NCBI GenBank assembly: GCA_963701075.1
Contig: OY969559.1
Span: forward strand, 512,001 to 576,000
Reading direction: 5' to 3'
DNA: 64,000 bases
From: an uncultured Nitrososphaerota archaeon
GTDB taxonomy: Archaea > Thermoproteota > Nitrososphaeria > Nitrososphaerales > Nitrosopumilaceae
Shown: positions 42,404 to 52,773 of the stretch, piece after piece
Layout: each line of letters starts with the position of its first letter
Position numbering within the stretch: position 1 is the stretch's first letter
Notes under the pieces: generated by a model
Told to the model about the DNA's origin: nothing
The model's input: the letters and a program-made list of their open reading frames with translations, nothing else
Databases searched by the model: none
Translations under genes and position numbers: made by a program

Positions 42404-43030
42404 GTGGTTGCGACTGTATATGGTAGATCTTATTTTAAATTCGTAAATACGCTAAAAAATCTAAAATTAGATTATGACTCTGTCCTGCCAGAAGAAATTA
42501 CAAATTCTGATAGGAGATTAATCCTTACGACAGTTAGAGAATCGTCTAAAATACCAAGCAATCTTGTTCTATTTGATGATGAATTTGATCATGATCCTAC
42601 GATAGTACGGGGTAGAATAGTGCAAAAACTGGAATCAGGAATTCATCATAGTTCATTAATAATAGGAATTGATCCTGGTAACAGAATAGGGCTTTCTGTG
42701 TTTTATTATGAGAAGGAGATAGAGAGCTCTATTTACACATCAGTTGACGACCTGATCTCTCATATAGTAAAAGTTCTTGTTGGACTGAATGCAGAACAAA
42801 AAGTAGTCAAGGTAGGAAATGGAAATATGCAAATTGCAAAACAGATAGCCAATTTGCTAAATCTTCGCTTCTGTTCCCATTTTGAATTAGAATTTGTTGA
42901 TGAACGCAGAACATCACTTAGGGTTAAGAACTATAACAAGCGAGGAATACGTGACAAGTTATCTGCAAGATACATTACTCAAAGAGAGGGATATCGTCAT
43001 CTTGTACTGCCTCTTTCAAGAATAGGGTAA
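42404..43030 (+). CDS. Hypothetical protein with RNase H-like (YqgF-like) motifs
   Basis: IIGIDPG…VDERRTS…D.LSA. Confidence 0.6.
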   Translation: MVATVYGRSYFKFVNTLKNLKLDYDSVLPEEITNSDRRLILTTVRESSKIPSNLVLFDDEFDHDPTIVRGRIVQKLESGIHHSSLIIGIDPGNRIGLSVFYYEKEIESSIYTSVDDLISHIVKVLVGLNAEQKVVKVGNGNMQIAKQIANLLNLRFCSHFELEFVDERRTSLRVKNYNKRGIRDKLSARYITQREGYRHLVLPLSRIG

Positions 43031-43286
43031 CAAAATCAAAAAGCGATCAGGCATCTTTAAATACATGCTCGAAAAAGTTGTTCAAAATTTGGGGAATCTT
43101 GATTTTTAAAATAACATACATATTTATAGAACATTTCCTCGTTTTTTCTGAAAACTGTTGCCCTGATCTTGGAAGATACATGTAATTTCTATAAAAAATA
43201 GCACTCTAAACTATAAAAATTTCTGATCCATGCTTAAATCGTACTATTACTATATGAAATTACACAAGGTAAAAAGTGACTATAGA

Positions 43287-43700
43287 ATGACATGTAAAGG
43301 AATATGCACAAGATACAAGGCACAGAAGCCAGTAGGTACGGGACGTTACGCATCAGGACAAAAAAGATGCCAAATCTGCGAGATCTTCATAAAATGGGAA
43401 GGTCTTTGGTGTCCTTGCTGCGGATACAGACTCAGAACTAAACCACGAAACCTCAAGTATAAAGCAAAACTACGAGCAAGAGTCGAAGCTGATCAATTAG
43501 AAGCTGTTGCTGTAAAGGCTATGGAAGTAGAAGAGATAGCACCAGTGATAGTAAAATCTCCAAGAAAGGCAAAGACGACTAAGGCTAAGGCTATGGAAGT
43601 AGAAGAGATAGCACCAGTTGTAGTAAAGTCTCCAAGAAAGGCAAAGACGACTAAGGCTAGTACTATAAGGAAAGTAGCAATAGAACCTGTAGCAGTATAG
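43287..43700 (+). CDS. Cys-rich zinc-ribbon protein with basic repeat tail
   Basis: MTCKGIC…RCQIC…CPCCG…LRTKPR, then a duplicated 24-aa unit. Confidence 0.75.
   Translation: MTCKGICTRYKAQKPVGTGRYASGQKRCQICEIFIKWEGLWCPCCGYRLRTKPRNLKYKAKLRARVEADQLEAVAVKAMEVEEIAPVIVKSPRKAKTTKAKAMEVEEIAPVVVKSPRKAKTTKASTIRKVAIEPVAV
43515..43658 (+). repeat. 72-bp coding tandem duplication (KAMEVEEIAPVxVKSPRKAKTTKA) x2
   Basis: Near-identical units 43515-43586 and 43587-43658. Confidence 0.9.
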
Positions 43701-43713
43701 GCGTAGTTAGCTG

Positions 43714-44055
43714 TTGATATCACAAGTCGGGTATAAGAAAAAAACCGTCAGCGTGAATCAACGAGAATTTTTGGTTCAAATAGTTCCCTTCGATAATGGA
43801 GATTTTATTTCTATAACTGAAGGAAAGGAAAAGATTGGAACACTTGTTGTTTCAATAGGTTCTGCTGGGCGTACTACAAGTACTGCCACAGTAATACCAT
43901 CGAAATCAGAAACAATTTTTCTCAAGATGGTAGCTGAACGCGTAGCTTCAACTATTAATGGCATTTGTATTTTTTCATTAAATATTCAAAAAGAATTGGA
44001 ACTTGATAGTATGAAGGTTCTAATGAATGAAGTAATGGAGATTATACGACCATGA
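43714..44055 (+). CDS. Hypothetical protein (proteasome assembly chaperone-like)
   Basis: 113-aa ORF overlapping the start of the ubiD-like gene; family assignment from recollection only. Confidence 0.5.
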   Translation: MISQVGYKKKTVSVNQREFLVQIVPFDNGDFISITEGKEKIGTLVVSIGSAGRTTSTATVIPSKSETIFLKMVAERVASTINGICIFSLNIQKELELDSMKVLMNEVMEIIRP

Positions 44056-45386
44056 CTGCAGACTTGAGAGGGTATCTAAGCCAAGTTTCTAAGGCAAAAG
44101 AGTTGGCAATTGTAAAAAAGCGGGTCTCTACAAAATATGAGATTGCAGCTGTAACAGCAAAACTTGATGGCTCAAAAGCGGTCTTGTTTGAAAATATTAA
44201 AGAAAGCAAATTTCGTGTAGTATCAAATCTTGTTGGTACAAAGAAAAGATTTGCACTTGCAGTAGGAGCTACAGAAGACAAGATTCACGACAAAGTAATC
44301 CATGCGATAAATCATGCATCAAGGCCCAAGATAATAAGAAAAGGCAGATTCATGGAAAATCATTCACAAGACCTCTACGATCTGCCTATAATAACACATT
44401 TTGAAAAGGAGCCAGGTGCCTTTATCACATCTTCCATAATTTATACAAAAAATCAGGAGACTCAAACCCAAAACTCGTCTTTTCATAGGCTTCTCAGGCT
44501 TGACAAGAGCCACTTTTCAGTAAGAATGGTCGAAGGAAGACATCTACATAGATCCTATATGTATGCCAAAGAGCATGGTGAAGACCTGCGTGTAGCCATT
44601 ACTGTAGGAGTACACCCTGCTGTATCAATAGCAGGCGCCTATCAGGCTGAATGGGGCAAGGATGAGCTTGAGATAGCAAACGAACTGCTAACCAGGAAAC
44701 TGACACTGGCAGCGTGTTCTTACTCTGGTATGCTGGTGCCATCCGAATCCGAAATAGTCTTGGAGGGGCGTATACTCAAGGACAAGACCCACAAGGAGTG
44801 GATGGTGGAGATGCTTCGCACATATGACTTTAAGAGAGAACAGCCAGTCTTTGAGCTCGATAGGATGTATTTTAGAAACAATCCCATCTTTCATGATATC
44901 TTGTCAGGATATGCAGAACACAGATTACTCATGGGAATGCCAATTGAAGCAAAACTAAACAAAAATCTCAAGCAGATATTGCCACAGATAAAAAGTGTAG
45001 TACTAAGTGATGGGGGATGCAATTGGCTTCATGCCATAGTGCAAATTTCAAAGAAGAAAGAATCCGATCCAAAGAAGGCAATCAATGCAACCTTTGGTGC
45101 TCACAGGTCACTCAAACAGGTAACTGTGGTAGATGATGATATTGATCCGTCCAATCCAGTGGAGGTTGAATATGCCATAGCAACAAGATTTCAGGCAGAC
45201 AAGAATCTTGTAATAATACCAAAGGTACGCGGTTCAAGCCTTGACCCATCAAGTGATCAAAAAAATTTACTTACAACAAAAATGGGAATAGATGCAACCA
45301 AATCTTTCTCAAAACGTCCGGAAGGATTTGAGATTGCAAAGATTCCACGATCAGAAAAAGTCTCTCTGAAAAATTATCTCAAGTAA
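44052..45386 (+). CDS. UbiD family decarboxylase
   Basis: DLRGYL…YEIAA, SEIVLEG, VVDDDID, GSSLDPS, KMGIDAT. Confidence 0.93.
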   Translation: MTADLRGYLSQVSKAKELAIVKKRVSTKYEIAAVTAKLDGSKAVLFENIKESKFRVVSNLVGTKKRFALAVGATEDKIHDKVIHAINHASRPKIIRKGRFMENHSQDLYDLPIITHFEKEPGAFITSSIIYTKNQETQTQNSSFHRLLRLDKSHFSVRMVEGRHLHRSYMYAKEHGEDLRVAITVGVHPAVSIAGAYQAEWGKDELEIANELLTRKLTLAACSYSGMLVPSESEIVLEGRILKDKTHKEWMVEMLRTYDFKREQPVFELDRMYFRNNPIFHDILSGYAEHRLLMGMPIEAKLNKNLKQILPQIKSVVLSDGGCNWLHAIVQISKKKESDPKKAINATFGAHRSLKQVTVVDDDIDPSNPVEVEYAIATRFQADKNLVIIPKVRGSSLDPSSDQKNLLTTKMGIDATKSFSKRPEGFEIAKIPRSEKVSLKNYLK

Positions 45387-45387
45387 A

Positions 45388-46290
45388 CTATCTTAGAGCA
45401 GAGTCTACCATGAGTGCAATAAACAAGATTGCAAGGTATGGACTAGAGAACTTGAACAATGTCCAAGATGCCCTCTCAGAAGGTTTCACAAGAAGCCATA
45501 TGCTTAACGCTATCATTATTGCACCTGATGCTATTGCGCTGTAAAGATAGGTTGCATGGAACAAATGTTTTCCAGAAGCGTCTGTCATGAAAAATGGTAA
45601 CACGCTGAACAACACCATCATCAAGGTGGTGCCAGCTATTACTCGAACCGATGTCTTTTCAGATTCAACTGCAGTAAGCATTGGGACTTTGACTTTGTTG
45701 TAATCGTCCTTGACATGTAACGTGAGACTCCAGATGTGCATTGGAATCCAGACAAAGACCAATCCTGCCATGACCAATCCGAGATCCCACATGCCGGTTG
45801 TTGTTACTGCCACATAGCCAATCATTGCGGGAGCTCCTCCTGAGAACCCTCCCAAAACAATATTTGTCCTGCTTCTTCGCTTTAGAAATTTACTATAAAC
45901 TAGAATGTTGTCTGCAAGACCAAATGCCATAAAGATACCAGCCCATATGTTAATTGCAAATGCACAAACTAGTGATATGCCGGCAAGAATTAATCCAAAA
46001 TACAACGCCTTCTTTGCTGGATATATTCTCCTGCTTGGGATCGGCCTTTCCTTTGTTCTTTCCATGATGGCATCAATGTCCCTGTCATTGTAGTTTGTTA
46101 GTGTGTTAGCTGCGGCAGAGCCTGCTATGACACCAAAGGTTACAAGTGCCCAAGTCAGGGCAGATACTGGAATATGATATAGATTAGAAGCAGTATATGT
46201 TGCACCCATTGCGGTAAAGACCAAAAGGTACCATATCTTAGGCTTGGTTACTTCATAGTACGTCTTAATTCTGGAACTAGACTTTTGTTG
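45388..46290 (-). CDS. ctaB: Protoheme IX farnesyltransferase (heme o synthase)
   Basis: YYEVTKPKIWYLL upstream of the ORF-track start, DRDIDAIMERTKERPIP, WIPMHIW; start codon unclear (in-frame TAA at 46291-46293). Confidence 0.9.
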   Translation of the reverse strand, partial: QQKSSSRIKTYYEVTKPKIWYLLVFTAMGATYTASNLYHIPVSALTWALVTFGVIAGSAAANTLTNYNDRDIDAIMERTKERPIPSRRIYPAKKALYFGLILAGISLVCAFAINIWAGIFMAFGLADNILVYSKFLKRRSRTNIVLGGFSGGAPAMIGYVAVTTTGMWDLGLVMAGLVFVWIPMHIWSLTLHVKDDYNKVKVPMLTAVESEKTSVRVIAGTTLMMVLFSVLPFFMTDASGKHLFHATYLYSAIASGAIMIALSIWLLVKPSERASWTLFKFSSPYLAILFIALMVDSALR

Positions 46291-46350
46291 TTAGCACACT
46301 CTCTGCCCTTTTTGGAGACTTTTTGTTATTTATAGGTTGAAAATATTGGA

Positions 46351-46809
46351 TTATTTAGCAGTCTTATAGGGCATTGGCTTTGTGGTTCTTTTCATCTCAA
46401 TGAAGCTCTCAGAACGCTGAACTCCTTGTATTCGTCCGACCCTCTCTGATATGAGCCTGTGCATCTCATCTAGATTCTTGGCATACATTGTAACAATGAT
46501 GTCAAACCTGCCTGTTACTTCTGAGATCTCCCTTACCTCAGATATCTTTAGCAGCTCCTCAATTACGTGGTCCCTCATCTTCGAGTCCATGTTTATGCCC
46601 GTTAGGGCTTTCACAGTATAGCCAAGCTCCCTGTCATTTACTACGATGGTAAAACGCTCAATCAACTTTCTTTTGATGAGCCTTTTGATTCTGCTGTAAA
46701 CAACAGACGAGTTTACGTTTATCTTCTTTGAGATTCGAGGAACTGAAATATTTGCGTCCTGTGACAACTCCGATAAAATTATCATATCTAAATCATCAAC
46801 TTTTGCCAT
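46351..46809 (-). CDS. Lrp/AsnC family transcription regulator
   Basis: VDDLDMIILSEL HTH, EVTGRFDI. Confidence 0.92.
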   Translation of the reverse strand: MAKVDDLDMIILSELSQDANISVPRISKKINVNSSVVYSRIKRLIKRKLIERFTIVVNDRELGYTVKALTGINMDSKMRDHVIEELLKISEVREISEVTGRFDIIVTMYAKNLDEMHRLISERVGRIQGVQRSESFIEMKRTTKPMPYKTAK

Positions 46810-46884
46810 TCAAAACACCATTTATTGTGAATAAATGGATCTTAATAAACTTGTTATTATAATTTTTCTATAATTCACAGTAGA

Positions 46885-47964
46885 CTAGATGTAGCCTTTC
46901 TTGTATAGCATTTCAGCTAACAAGACAGCTCCCTTGGCAGAGCCCATCTTCTCGTTATGTGAGAATAACACGTACTTTATGCCGTTATCAAAAACTGTAT
47001 CCTCTCTGATTCTGCCAACCACTGTTGTCATGCCGTCATTAATTTCACGATCTAGTCTTGGCTGTGGTCTTGTTGGATCTTCATGAACCAAAAGATACTC
47101 TTTTGGGGCAGATGGAAGACCCGTGACACTTATCTTGCTTGAAAACTCTTGCATGGCCTTCTTTACACTTTCTGGGTCAGTGTGAGATGCCATTTCGACG
47201 AAAACAGTTTCTGTATGCCCATCAATTACAGGAACTCTTGTGCATGTACAGCTAACTTTCAGTTTGGCCGGGTCTATCTTACCATCTACTAGTTTGCCAA
47301 GAATTTTTCCTGTTTCAAGCCTAACCTTGTCTTCTTCTTTTGGAATGTATGGAATTATGTTATCTGTAATATCCAACGCAGAAACACCAGGAGACCTTCC
47401 GGCTCCGGACATTGCCTGCATCGATGTCATGATTATTTTTTGTGCGCCAAACTTGTCCAAGAGTGGCTTCATTGTAATTGCAAGACCAGTAGTGGTACAA
47501 TTTGGTAGAGGTGCTACAAATCCCTTCCATCCTCTGTTTTTTCTCTGCTGATCTAAGAGTGCAACATGATCGTCATTTATTCCTGGAATCAAAATTGGTA
47601 CATCTGCTTCATATCTGTACGCTGCAGAGGTGCTAATGACAGGTATGTCCTGTGCAAATTTTGACTCTATATCTCTCGCAGCTTCGCTTTCAACGGAGCT
47701 GAAAACTAGATCGAGGTTTTCTGGTTTGATATCATCAACTGATTCAATTATCATATCCTTAACGTATTCAGGAATGGGTTCCCTGAGATGCCATCTAAGT
47801 ATACCGCTATTTGGGTCTCTTATTGCATCGACAAACTTTTTCTTTGCAGACCTTTCTGATGCAGCTATCTGCTTTACCTCAAACCATGGATGGTTGTTTA
47901 GGGCTAACACAAACTCCTGTCCTACTGCTCCAGTAACGCCTATTACAGCTACCCGTTTCTTCAT
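46885..47964 (-). CDS. asd: Aspartate-semialdehyde dehydrogenase
   Basis: GVTGAVGQ, PNCTT, QAMSGAG, RVPVIDGH. Confidence 0.96.
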   Translation of the reverse strand: MKKRVAVIGVTGAVGQEFVLALNNHPWFEVKQIAASERSAKKKFVDAIRDPNSGILRWHLREPIPEYVKDMIIESVDDIKPENLDLVFSSVESEAARDIESKFAQDIPVISTSAAYRYEADVPILIPGINDDHVALLDQQRKNRGWKGFVAPLPNCTTTGLAITMKPLLDKFGAQKIIMTSMQAMSGAGRSPGVSALDITDNIIPYIPKEEDKVRLETGKILGKLVDGKIDPAKLKVSCTCTRVPVIDGHTETVFVEMASHTDPESVKKAMQEFSSKISVTGLPSAPKEYLLVHEDPTRPQPRLDREINDGMTTVVGRIREDTVFDNGIKYVLFSHNEKMGSAKGAVLLAEMLYKKGYI

Positions 47965-48031
47965 ATGAAAAAATTCTGCTCATACAATTAATATTCCTTT
48001 AGCAGGGGATCCAAAACACAACTAAATACCC

Positions 48032-49129
48032 ATGAGATATCATGAGGGTGTGAGACTCAGAGTAGAACCTCATGTTGCCAATCACAAAACCGTAATCCAT
48101 GGAGGAGTCTATTCTGCAGGACTTGAATTTGATCCAAAAATACTAGACTTTAGCTCAAACGTCAATCCATTGGGGTTTCCGCATGCAATAAGAAATGATC
48201 TAAAAAAAAATTCTGCTTTGTTTTCCGTATATCCTGATTCCGATTCAACTAAACTAAGGGATCATTTGGAAAAATATACTGGAGTTCCAAAAAGTCAGAT
48301 AATAGTAGGCAATGGGGCCACTGAGATAATTTACAACTTTAGCAAGGCATTTTTGAACAAGCGCAATGTGTCAATTCCAATACCGACATTTGGAGAATAC
48401 GAGTCGGCAGCAAAACTGAATGGTGCCAGAGTTTCTTATTTTAAGACCATGAACCTAAATCAAGACATTGATAATTTTTTAAAAACAATCTCAAAAAACC
48501 ACTGCATCTTTGTTTGCAACCCAAACAATCCTACCGGTGTTCTCACTAGCCAAAAAAACATGCTCAAGATCTTAGATCTCTCGCATAACAAGTCTGCTCT
48601 GGTCTTTGTAGATGAGTGTTTCATCGAACTTGCTTCAAACCCAAAAGAAAGCATAGTATCCAAGCTGCATGAATTTGATAACCTCTTTATCTTGAGGTCT
48701 ATGACAAAATCCTTTGGGCTTGCAGGCCTACGAGTAGGATATGGACTTGGAAGCAAGAAGATGGTTGGGTTTCTAAACAAGATCAAGATTCCATGGAATG
48801 TCAGTGGCATTGCCCAAAATATTGCGATAAGAGCACTATCAAGCAGATCACATCTAGAAAAGACAAGAAAACTAATTGAAAAAGAACGCAAGTTTCTGAA
48901 TAGTTCAATATCAAAGATTGATGGATTTCGATGCTATGACTCTGACGCAAATTTTATTTTGATAAAATCAAAAATAAGCTCAAAGCAATTACAGAAAAAA
49001 CTGTTGAAAAAAAATATTTTGATAAGGAATTGTAGCTCGTTTAGAGGGCTAGACAGCAAGTTCATTCGTATTGCTGTACGAACCCATGGTGAAAATCAGA
49101 GACTTGTCAAAGAGTTTGGAAAGTCATGA
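48032..49129 (+). CDS. cobD: Threonine-phosphate decarboxylase (PLP-dependent)
   Basis: HGG, LDFSSNVNPLG, NPNNPTG, RSMTKSFGLAGLR; in cob cluster. Confidence 0.85.
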   Translation: MRYHEGVRLRVEPHVANHKTVIHGGVYSAGLEFDPKILDFSSNVNPLGFPHAIRNDLKKNSALFSVYPDSDSTKLRDHLEKYTGVPKSQIIVGNGATEIIYNFSKAFLNKRNVSIPIPTFGEYESAAKLNGARVSYFKTMNLNQDIDNFLKTISKNHCIFVCNPNNPTGVLTSQKNMLKILDLSHNKSALVFVDECFIELASNPKESIVSKLHEFDNLFILRSMTKSFGLAGLRVGYGLGSKKMVGFLNKIKIPWNVSGIAQNIAIRALSSRSHLEKTRKLIEKERKFLNSSISKIDGFRCYDSDANFILIKSKISSKQLQKKLLKKNILIRNCSSFRGLDSKFIRIAVRTHGENQRLVKEFGKS

Positions 49130-49968
49130 CAAAAACATTAATGATTCAAGGAACATCTTCTGGTGCAGGCAAGACAACTCTTGTCACTGCACTGTGCAGA
49201 ATTTTTGCAGACGAAGGTTACAGGGTGACCCCATTCAAGTCACAAAACATGTCATCATATTCTTATCGAAGAGATGATTTTGAGATCTCAAGGGCTCAGG
49301 CAATTCAGGCCATTGCAGCCAGGACAGATATCTCTGTGCATATGAATCCTATTCTATTAAAACCGCTTGGAGATTACAAAAGTGAAGTCTTTGTCAAGGG
49401 AAAATTCTACAAAAAGATGCACGCTGGTGAATATTACAAAAAGTTCTCTCTCACGAGGGGTCTTGACATAGCAAAGGAATCGCTTGATCATCTAAGAGAG
49501 AGGTATGATCTTGTTATTCTAGAAGGAGCAGGTTCTCCTGCAGAGATAAACATGCAAAAGTATGATATCGCTAACATGAAAATGGCAAAGTATTGTTCAT
49601 CACCCGTAATTTTAGTATCTGATATAGATAAGGGAGGAACATTTGCTAGTATAGTAGGAACACTGGAACTGCTTGAGGGAGAATACAAGAGATTTGTCAA
49701 GGGATATGTGATAAACAAGTTCAGAGGCGACATTGAGATTTTACGTCCGGGTTTTATGATGTTAAAGAAGAAGACTGGCAGGCCAGTATTTGGAACAATT
49801 CCGCTCTTAAAATTTGATATTCCAGATGAGGACTCGTTGCATGCAAATCCAAAACAAGTATCATTTACTACAAAATACATTAGATCCCTTGACAAAGAGA
49901 TAGAGAATTTAAGTCGCGTTGTGAGATCAAGTCTAAATATGAAAGCAATACGTGGTCTTTTGAAATGA
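49126..49968 (+). CDS. cobQ: Cobyric acid synthase (synthetase domain only)
   Basis: QGTSSGAGKT, PFKSQNMS, EGAGSPAEIN, NKFRGD; ends shortly after EDSL. Confidence 0.9.
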   Translation: MTKTLMIQGTSSGAGKTTLVTALCRIFADEGYRVTPFKSQNMSSYSYRRDDFEISRAQAIQAIAARTDISVHMNPILLKPLGDYKSEVFVKGKFYKKMHAGEYYKKFSLTRGLDIAKESLDHLRERYDLVILEGAGSPAEINMQKYDIANMKMAKYCSSPVILVSDIDKGGTFASIVGTLELLEGEYKRFVKGYVINKFRGDIEILRPGFMMLKKKTGRPVFGTIPLLKFDIPDEDSLHANPKQVSFTTKYIRSLDKEIENLSRVVRSSLNMKAIRGLLK

Positions 49969-50957
49969 TGCTAGTACTTGCTCTCTCAGTTGTACTTGCA
50001 ATTGGACTTGATCTTGCCCTTGGCGATCCAAAAAACAGGTATCACCCAACAGTTTGGATCGGAACCCTGATTGGCAAGTTTGCACCATTGGTAAGATCAA
50101 ACAATCCCATGTCTGAAAAATTAGGGGGACTAATTCTTGTTGTCTCTGTAGCAACACTTGTTGCTGTTTTAGCGTTTTACATTGATCAAGCCTTTGCGTA
50201 TCTTAACCGCCTTGATCTGATTGAATTCTCAAAGGTTCTAGTCTTGGCAACTTCTGTGTTTGCAATTGGATTGTTGCTAAAGACTACTATTGCAGTCAAG
50301 GGAATGCAAATGCATGCATCGCAAATCATGGACTCTCTGTCACGAGATGATCTAGATGATGCAAGGGCAAAACTATCAATGATAGTGAAGAGAAACACAA
50401 AAAATCTGGACAAGCAACACGTCATATCTGCTACACTTGAGAGCATAAGTGAGAATACTGTGGATGGAATCACGGGTCCTCTGTTTTACTTTGCATTTTT
50501 TGGACTTGTGGGAGCCTTTGTTTATCGAACCATAAACACTGTAGATTCAATGATTGGATACAAGACTGACCTTTTTAGAAACTTGGGATGGTTTGGAGCA
50601 AATTGTGATAAGATGCTAAATTTTGTACCCTCAAGATTGACAAGTCTGATTATGATACTTGCAAGCATAATTGTAGGAGGTAACTGGAAACACTCACTTG
50701 AAGTAATGAAGCGAGATGGTCCAAAGACTGAGAGCCCAAATGCTGGATATCCAATGGCAACAATGGCTGGCGCACTGGGAGTTAAATTTGAAAAACTAGA
50801 TCACTATGTATTGGGTGATGGCAGCACAGAGTTTACAGAGAAACATTTCAAGGCTGCCATTTCGATAATGAAAGTTACAACCATTCTGTTTGCTATATTG
50901 TTTACAATTCCCATGATTGTAATCTTGTCTTACTTGGGATGGTGGAGTCTTGTTTAA
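49965..50957 (+). CDS. cbiB: Adenosylcobinamide-phosphate synthase
   Basis: GDP…HP, ESISENTVDG, NTVDSMIGY, SPNAGYP. Confidence 0.93.
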   Translation: MMLVLALSVVLAIGLDLALGDPKNRYHPTVWIGTLIGKFAPLVRSNNPMSEKLGGLILVVSVATLVAVLAFYIDQAFAYLNRLDLIEFSKVLVLATSVFAIGLLLKTTIAVKGMQMHASQIMDSLSRDDLDDARAKLSMIVKRNTKNLDKQHVISATLESISENTVDGITGPLFYFAFFGLVGAFVYRTINTVDSMIGYKTDLFRNLGWFGANCDKMLNFVPSRLTSLIMILASIIVGGNWKHSLEVMKRDGPKTESPNAGYPMATMAGALGVKFEKLDHYVLGDGSTEFTEKHFKAAISIMKVTTILFAILFTIPMIVILSYLGWWSLV

Positions 50958-51675
50958 AGGAATCACATCGGTAATTTCATTTCTAACAATTATTCCGTCA
51001 AAAAGCGCCGAGCTTGATACTGTTGCAAAAAACATGTATCTCTTCCCAATTGTCGGTGCATTGATTGGACTGATGATTGGTACCGCAGGTTATGGACTCT
51101 CTTTGTATGTTCAGCCACTAATTGTAGGTCTTGTTCTAACAGGTGCACTTGTAATCATTACGGGAATACATCATACAGACGCTCTCTGCGATTTTGCCGA
51201 TGGTATGATGGCAAAGGGAACAAAGGAAAAGAAACTCAAAGCGATGAGGGACCCGGCAGTTGGCTCAGCAGGTGTAGTTACTGTAGTTCTTTACGTAGCT
51301 GGAATGATAATGTCAATTTCCATGATGAAGGGTTTTGTTCTCTTTGAGGCAATATTGGTTAGCGAGCTTATGGCAAAGTTTGCCATGGTTCTACAAGCAA
51401 ATCGAGGTTCCTCTGCATGGCAAGGGCTCAGCTCTCCATTTACACAATCCATGAAAAGTCCAGCCAAATTGGCTGTGGCAGCTACATTGGCAATAGTGCC
51501 TACCATTATTCTAGGCGGCATTACCGGAATCATAGTAACAGGTGTTACTGTTGGGATGTCATTTTTGCTTCTTGCTGTGGCAAACAGGAGCTTTGGGGGA
51601 ATTTCAGGCGACGTCTTTGGGGCAAGCAATGAACTTGTAAGACTTGCATCGCTTATACTTTTTGCATCGAGATGA
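50950..51675 (+). CDS. cobS: Adenosylcobinamide-GDP ribazoletransferase
   Basis: FLTIIP, TGIHHTDALCDFADG, GGISGDVFGA. Confidence 0.93.
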   Translation: MFKGITSVISFLTIIPSKSAELDTVAKNMYLFPIVGALIGLMIGTAGYGLSLYVQPLIVGLVLTGALVIITGIHHTDALCDFADGMMAKGTKEKKLKAMRDPAVGSAGVVTVVLYVAGMIMSISMMKGFVLFEAILVSELMAKFAMVLQANRGSSAWQGLSSPFTQSMKSPAKLAVAATLAIVPTIILGGITGIIVTGVTVGMSFLLLAVANRSFGGISGDVFGASNELVRLASLILFASR

Positions 51676-52256
51676 TTGGCCTTGTAATGTGTGGAGGCAA
51701 GGGTACAAGGATGGAGTTAGCCCAGGAAAAACTCCTCCTCAAATACAGAAAACCCATTATCCAACATGTTATTTCCGCATTAGAAGAATCTGGATGTTTC
51801 TCAAAAATAATATGCGCTACAAGTTGTAATGCTCCAAAAACATCCAAGTTTGTAAAAGATCTTGGTATGTCAACAGTTGAAACAAGGGGAGAAGGATACG
51901 TGAAGGATCTAAATGAGGCACTGAAAAGTTTTGATGATAATGTCTTTGTAGTGTCCGGTGATCTTGCATTGCTAGATTCTGAAATCATACAAAAAATTGT
52001 AAATGATTTTGAAAACAGGCAATCGTGGACAAGTGTTCTTGTAAGCAAGAAATTCTTAGACTTGATTGGAATAAAACCAGAATATCTTGTAAATTACAAC
52101 GGAAAAGAATGTGCATTTACAGGCATATCAATTGTAAACCCAAAAGCGATTGTAGGAATGGAACATGTACAAGAATCCTATATTGTCATTGATGACAAAC
52201 GTATTGCGATAAATCTTAACACAAAAAGCGATTACGAGCTACTCGGCGCTGCCTAA
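51672..52256 (+). CDS. cobY: GTP:adenosylcobinamide-phosphate guanylyltransferase
   Basis: MCGGKGTRM…EKLL, GEGYVKDL, INLNT. Confidence 0.88.
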   Translation: MIGLVMCGGKGTRMELAQEKLLLKYRKPIIQHVISALEESGCFSKIICATSCNAPKTSKFVKDLGMSTVETRGEGYVKDLNEALKSFDDNVFVVSGDLALLDSEIIQKIVNDFENRQSWTSVLVSKKFLDLIGIKPEYLVNYNGKECAFTGISIVNPKAIVGMEHVQESYIVIDDKRIAINLNTKSDYELLGAA

Positions 52257-52436
52257 AACTTTACCATTAATCTCTGCGATAGAACCTGTTGGTTCAGCCA
52301 ATGTATTGCCACAAGCCTTGCATGCAACTGTGGTAGAAACATGGGAATAAACAACACTTTCTTCTCCGCATTCTTTACACTGGACTCGCTGGAATCTACT
52401 TCCTGGTTTTGGGATAAGGATTTGGGCCTTTTTCAT
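52239..52436 (-). CDS. rps27e: 30S ribosomal protein S27e
   Basis: PKPGSRFQRVQCKEC…CKACG…PTG. Confidence 0.95.
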   Translation of the reverse strand: MKKAQILIPKPGSRFQRVQCKECGEESVVYSHVSTTVACKACGNTLAEPTGSIAEINGKVLGSAE

Positions 52437-52717
52437 TATGCAGCAACCAACTCCAACTTTCTTAGTCTTATTCCTGGCACATTCCATTTCTTTTTACATT
52501 CAGGACATGCAAAAATAGGTGTCATCTTCTTTGTAGTCTTTGCCGGCTTGGCTAACTTGGGGAATTTCTGACCGCCGTATCCTTTCTTGTCTTCGGCGTG
52601 TCTTCTTTCACCTATTGCAGAACCTCGTCTTTTTCCTGCCTTGTACAAGGAGACCTTCTGTAGCGTATGTTTCTTACACTTGCGACAGTATCGCCTGATC
52701 TCCTTTGGCATGTTCAT
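52436..52717 (-). CDS. rpl44e: 50S ribosomal protein L44e
   Basis: PKEIRRYCRKCKKHT…GYGGQ…KTTKK…CPEC. Confidence 0.97.
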   Translation of the reverse strand: MNMPKEIRRYCRKCKKHTLQKVSLYKAGKRRGSAIGERRHAEDKKGYGGQKFPKLAKPAKTTKKMTPIFACPECKKKWNVPGIRLRKLELVAA

Positions 52718-52773
52718 AAAAGAAGACGATGGCTGACCGTAATTTAAACATCGCTATACCTAATGTCAAGCGT

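Noticed and set aside
46225-46300. ctaB start lesion as another AGCT-linked error
   Set aside because: An in-frame TAA precedes the conserved N-terminus but there is no AGCT at the site; cause unresolved.
912-52571. Numerous 60-165-aa antisense or overlapping ORFs in the ORF track
   Set aside because: They lie opposite or within well-supported genes and lack recognisable motifs; treated as shadow ORFs.
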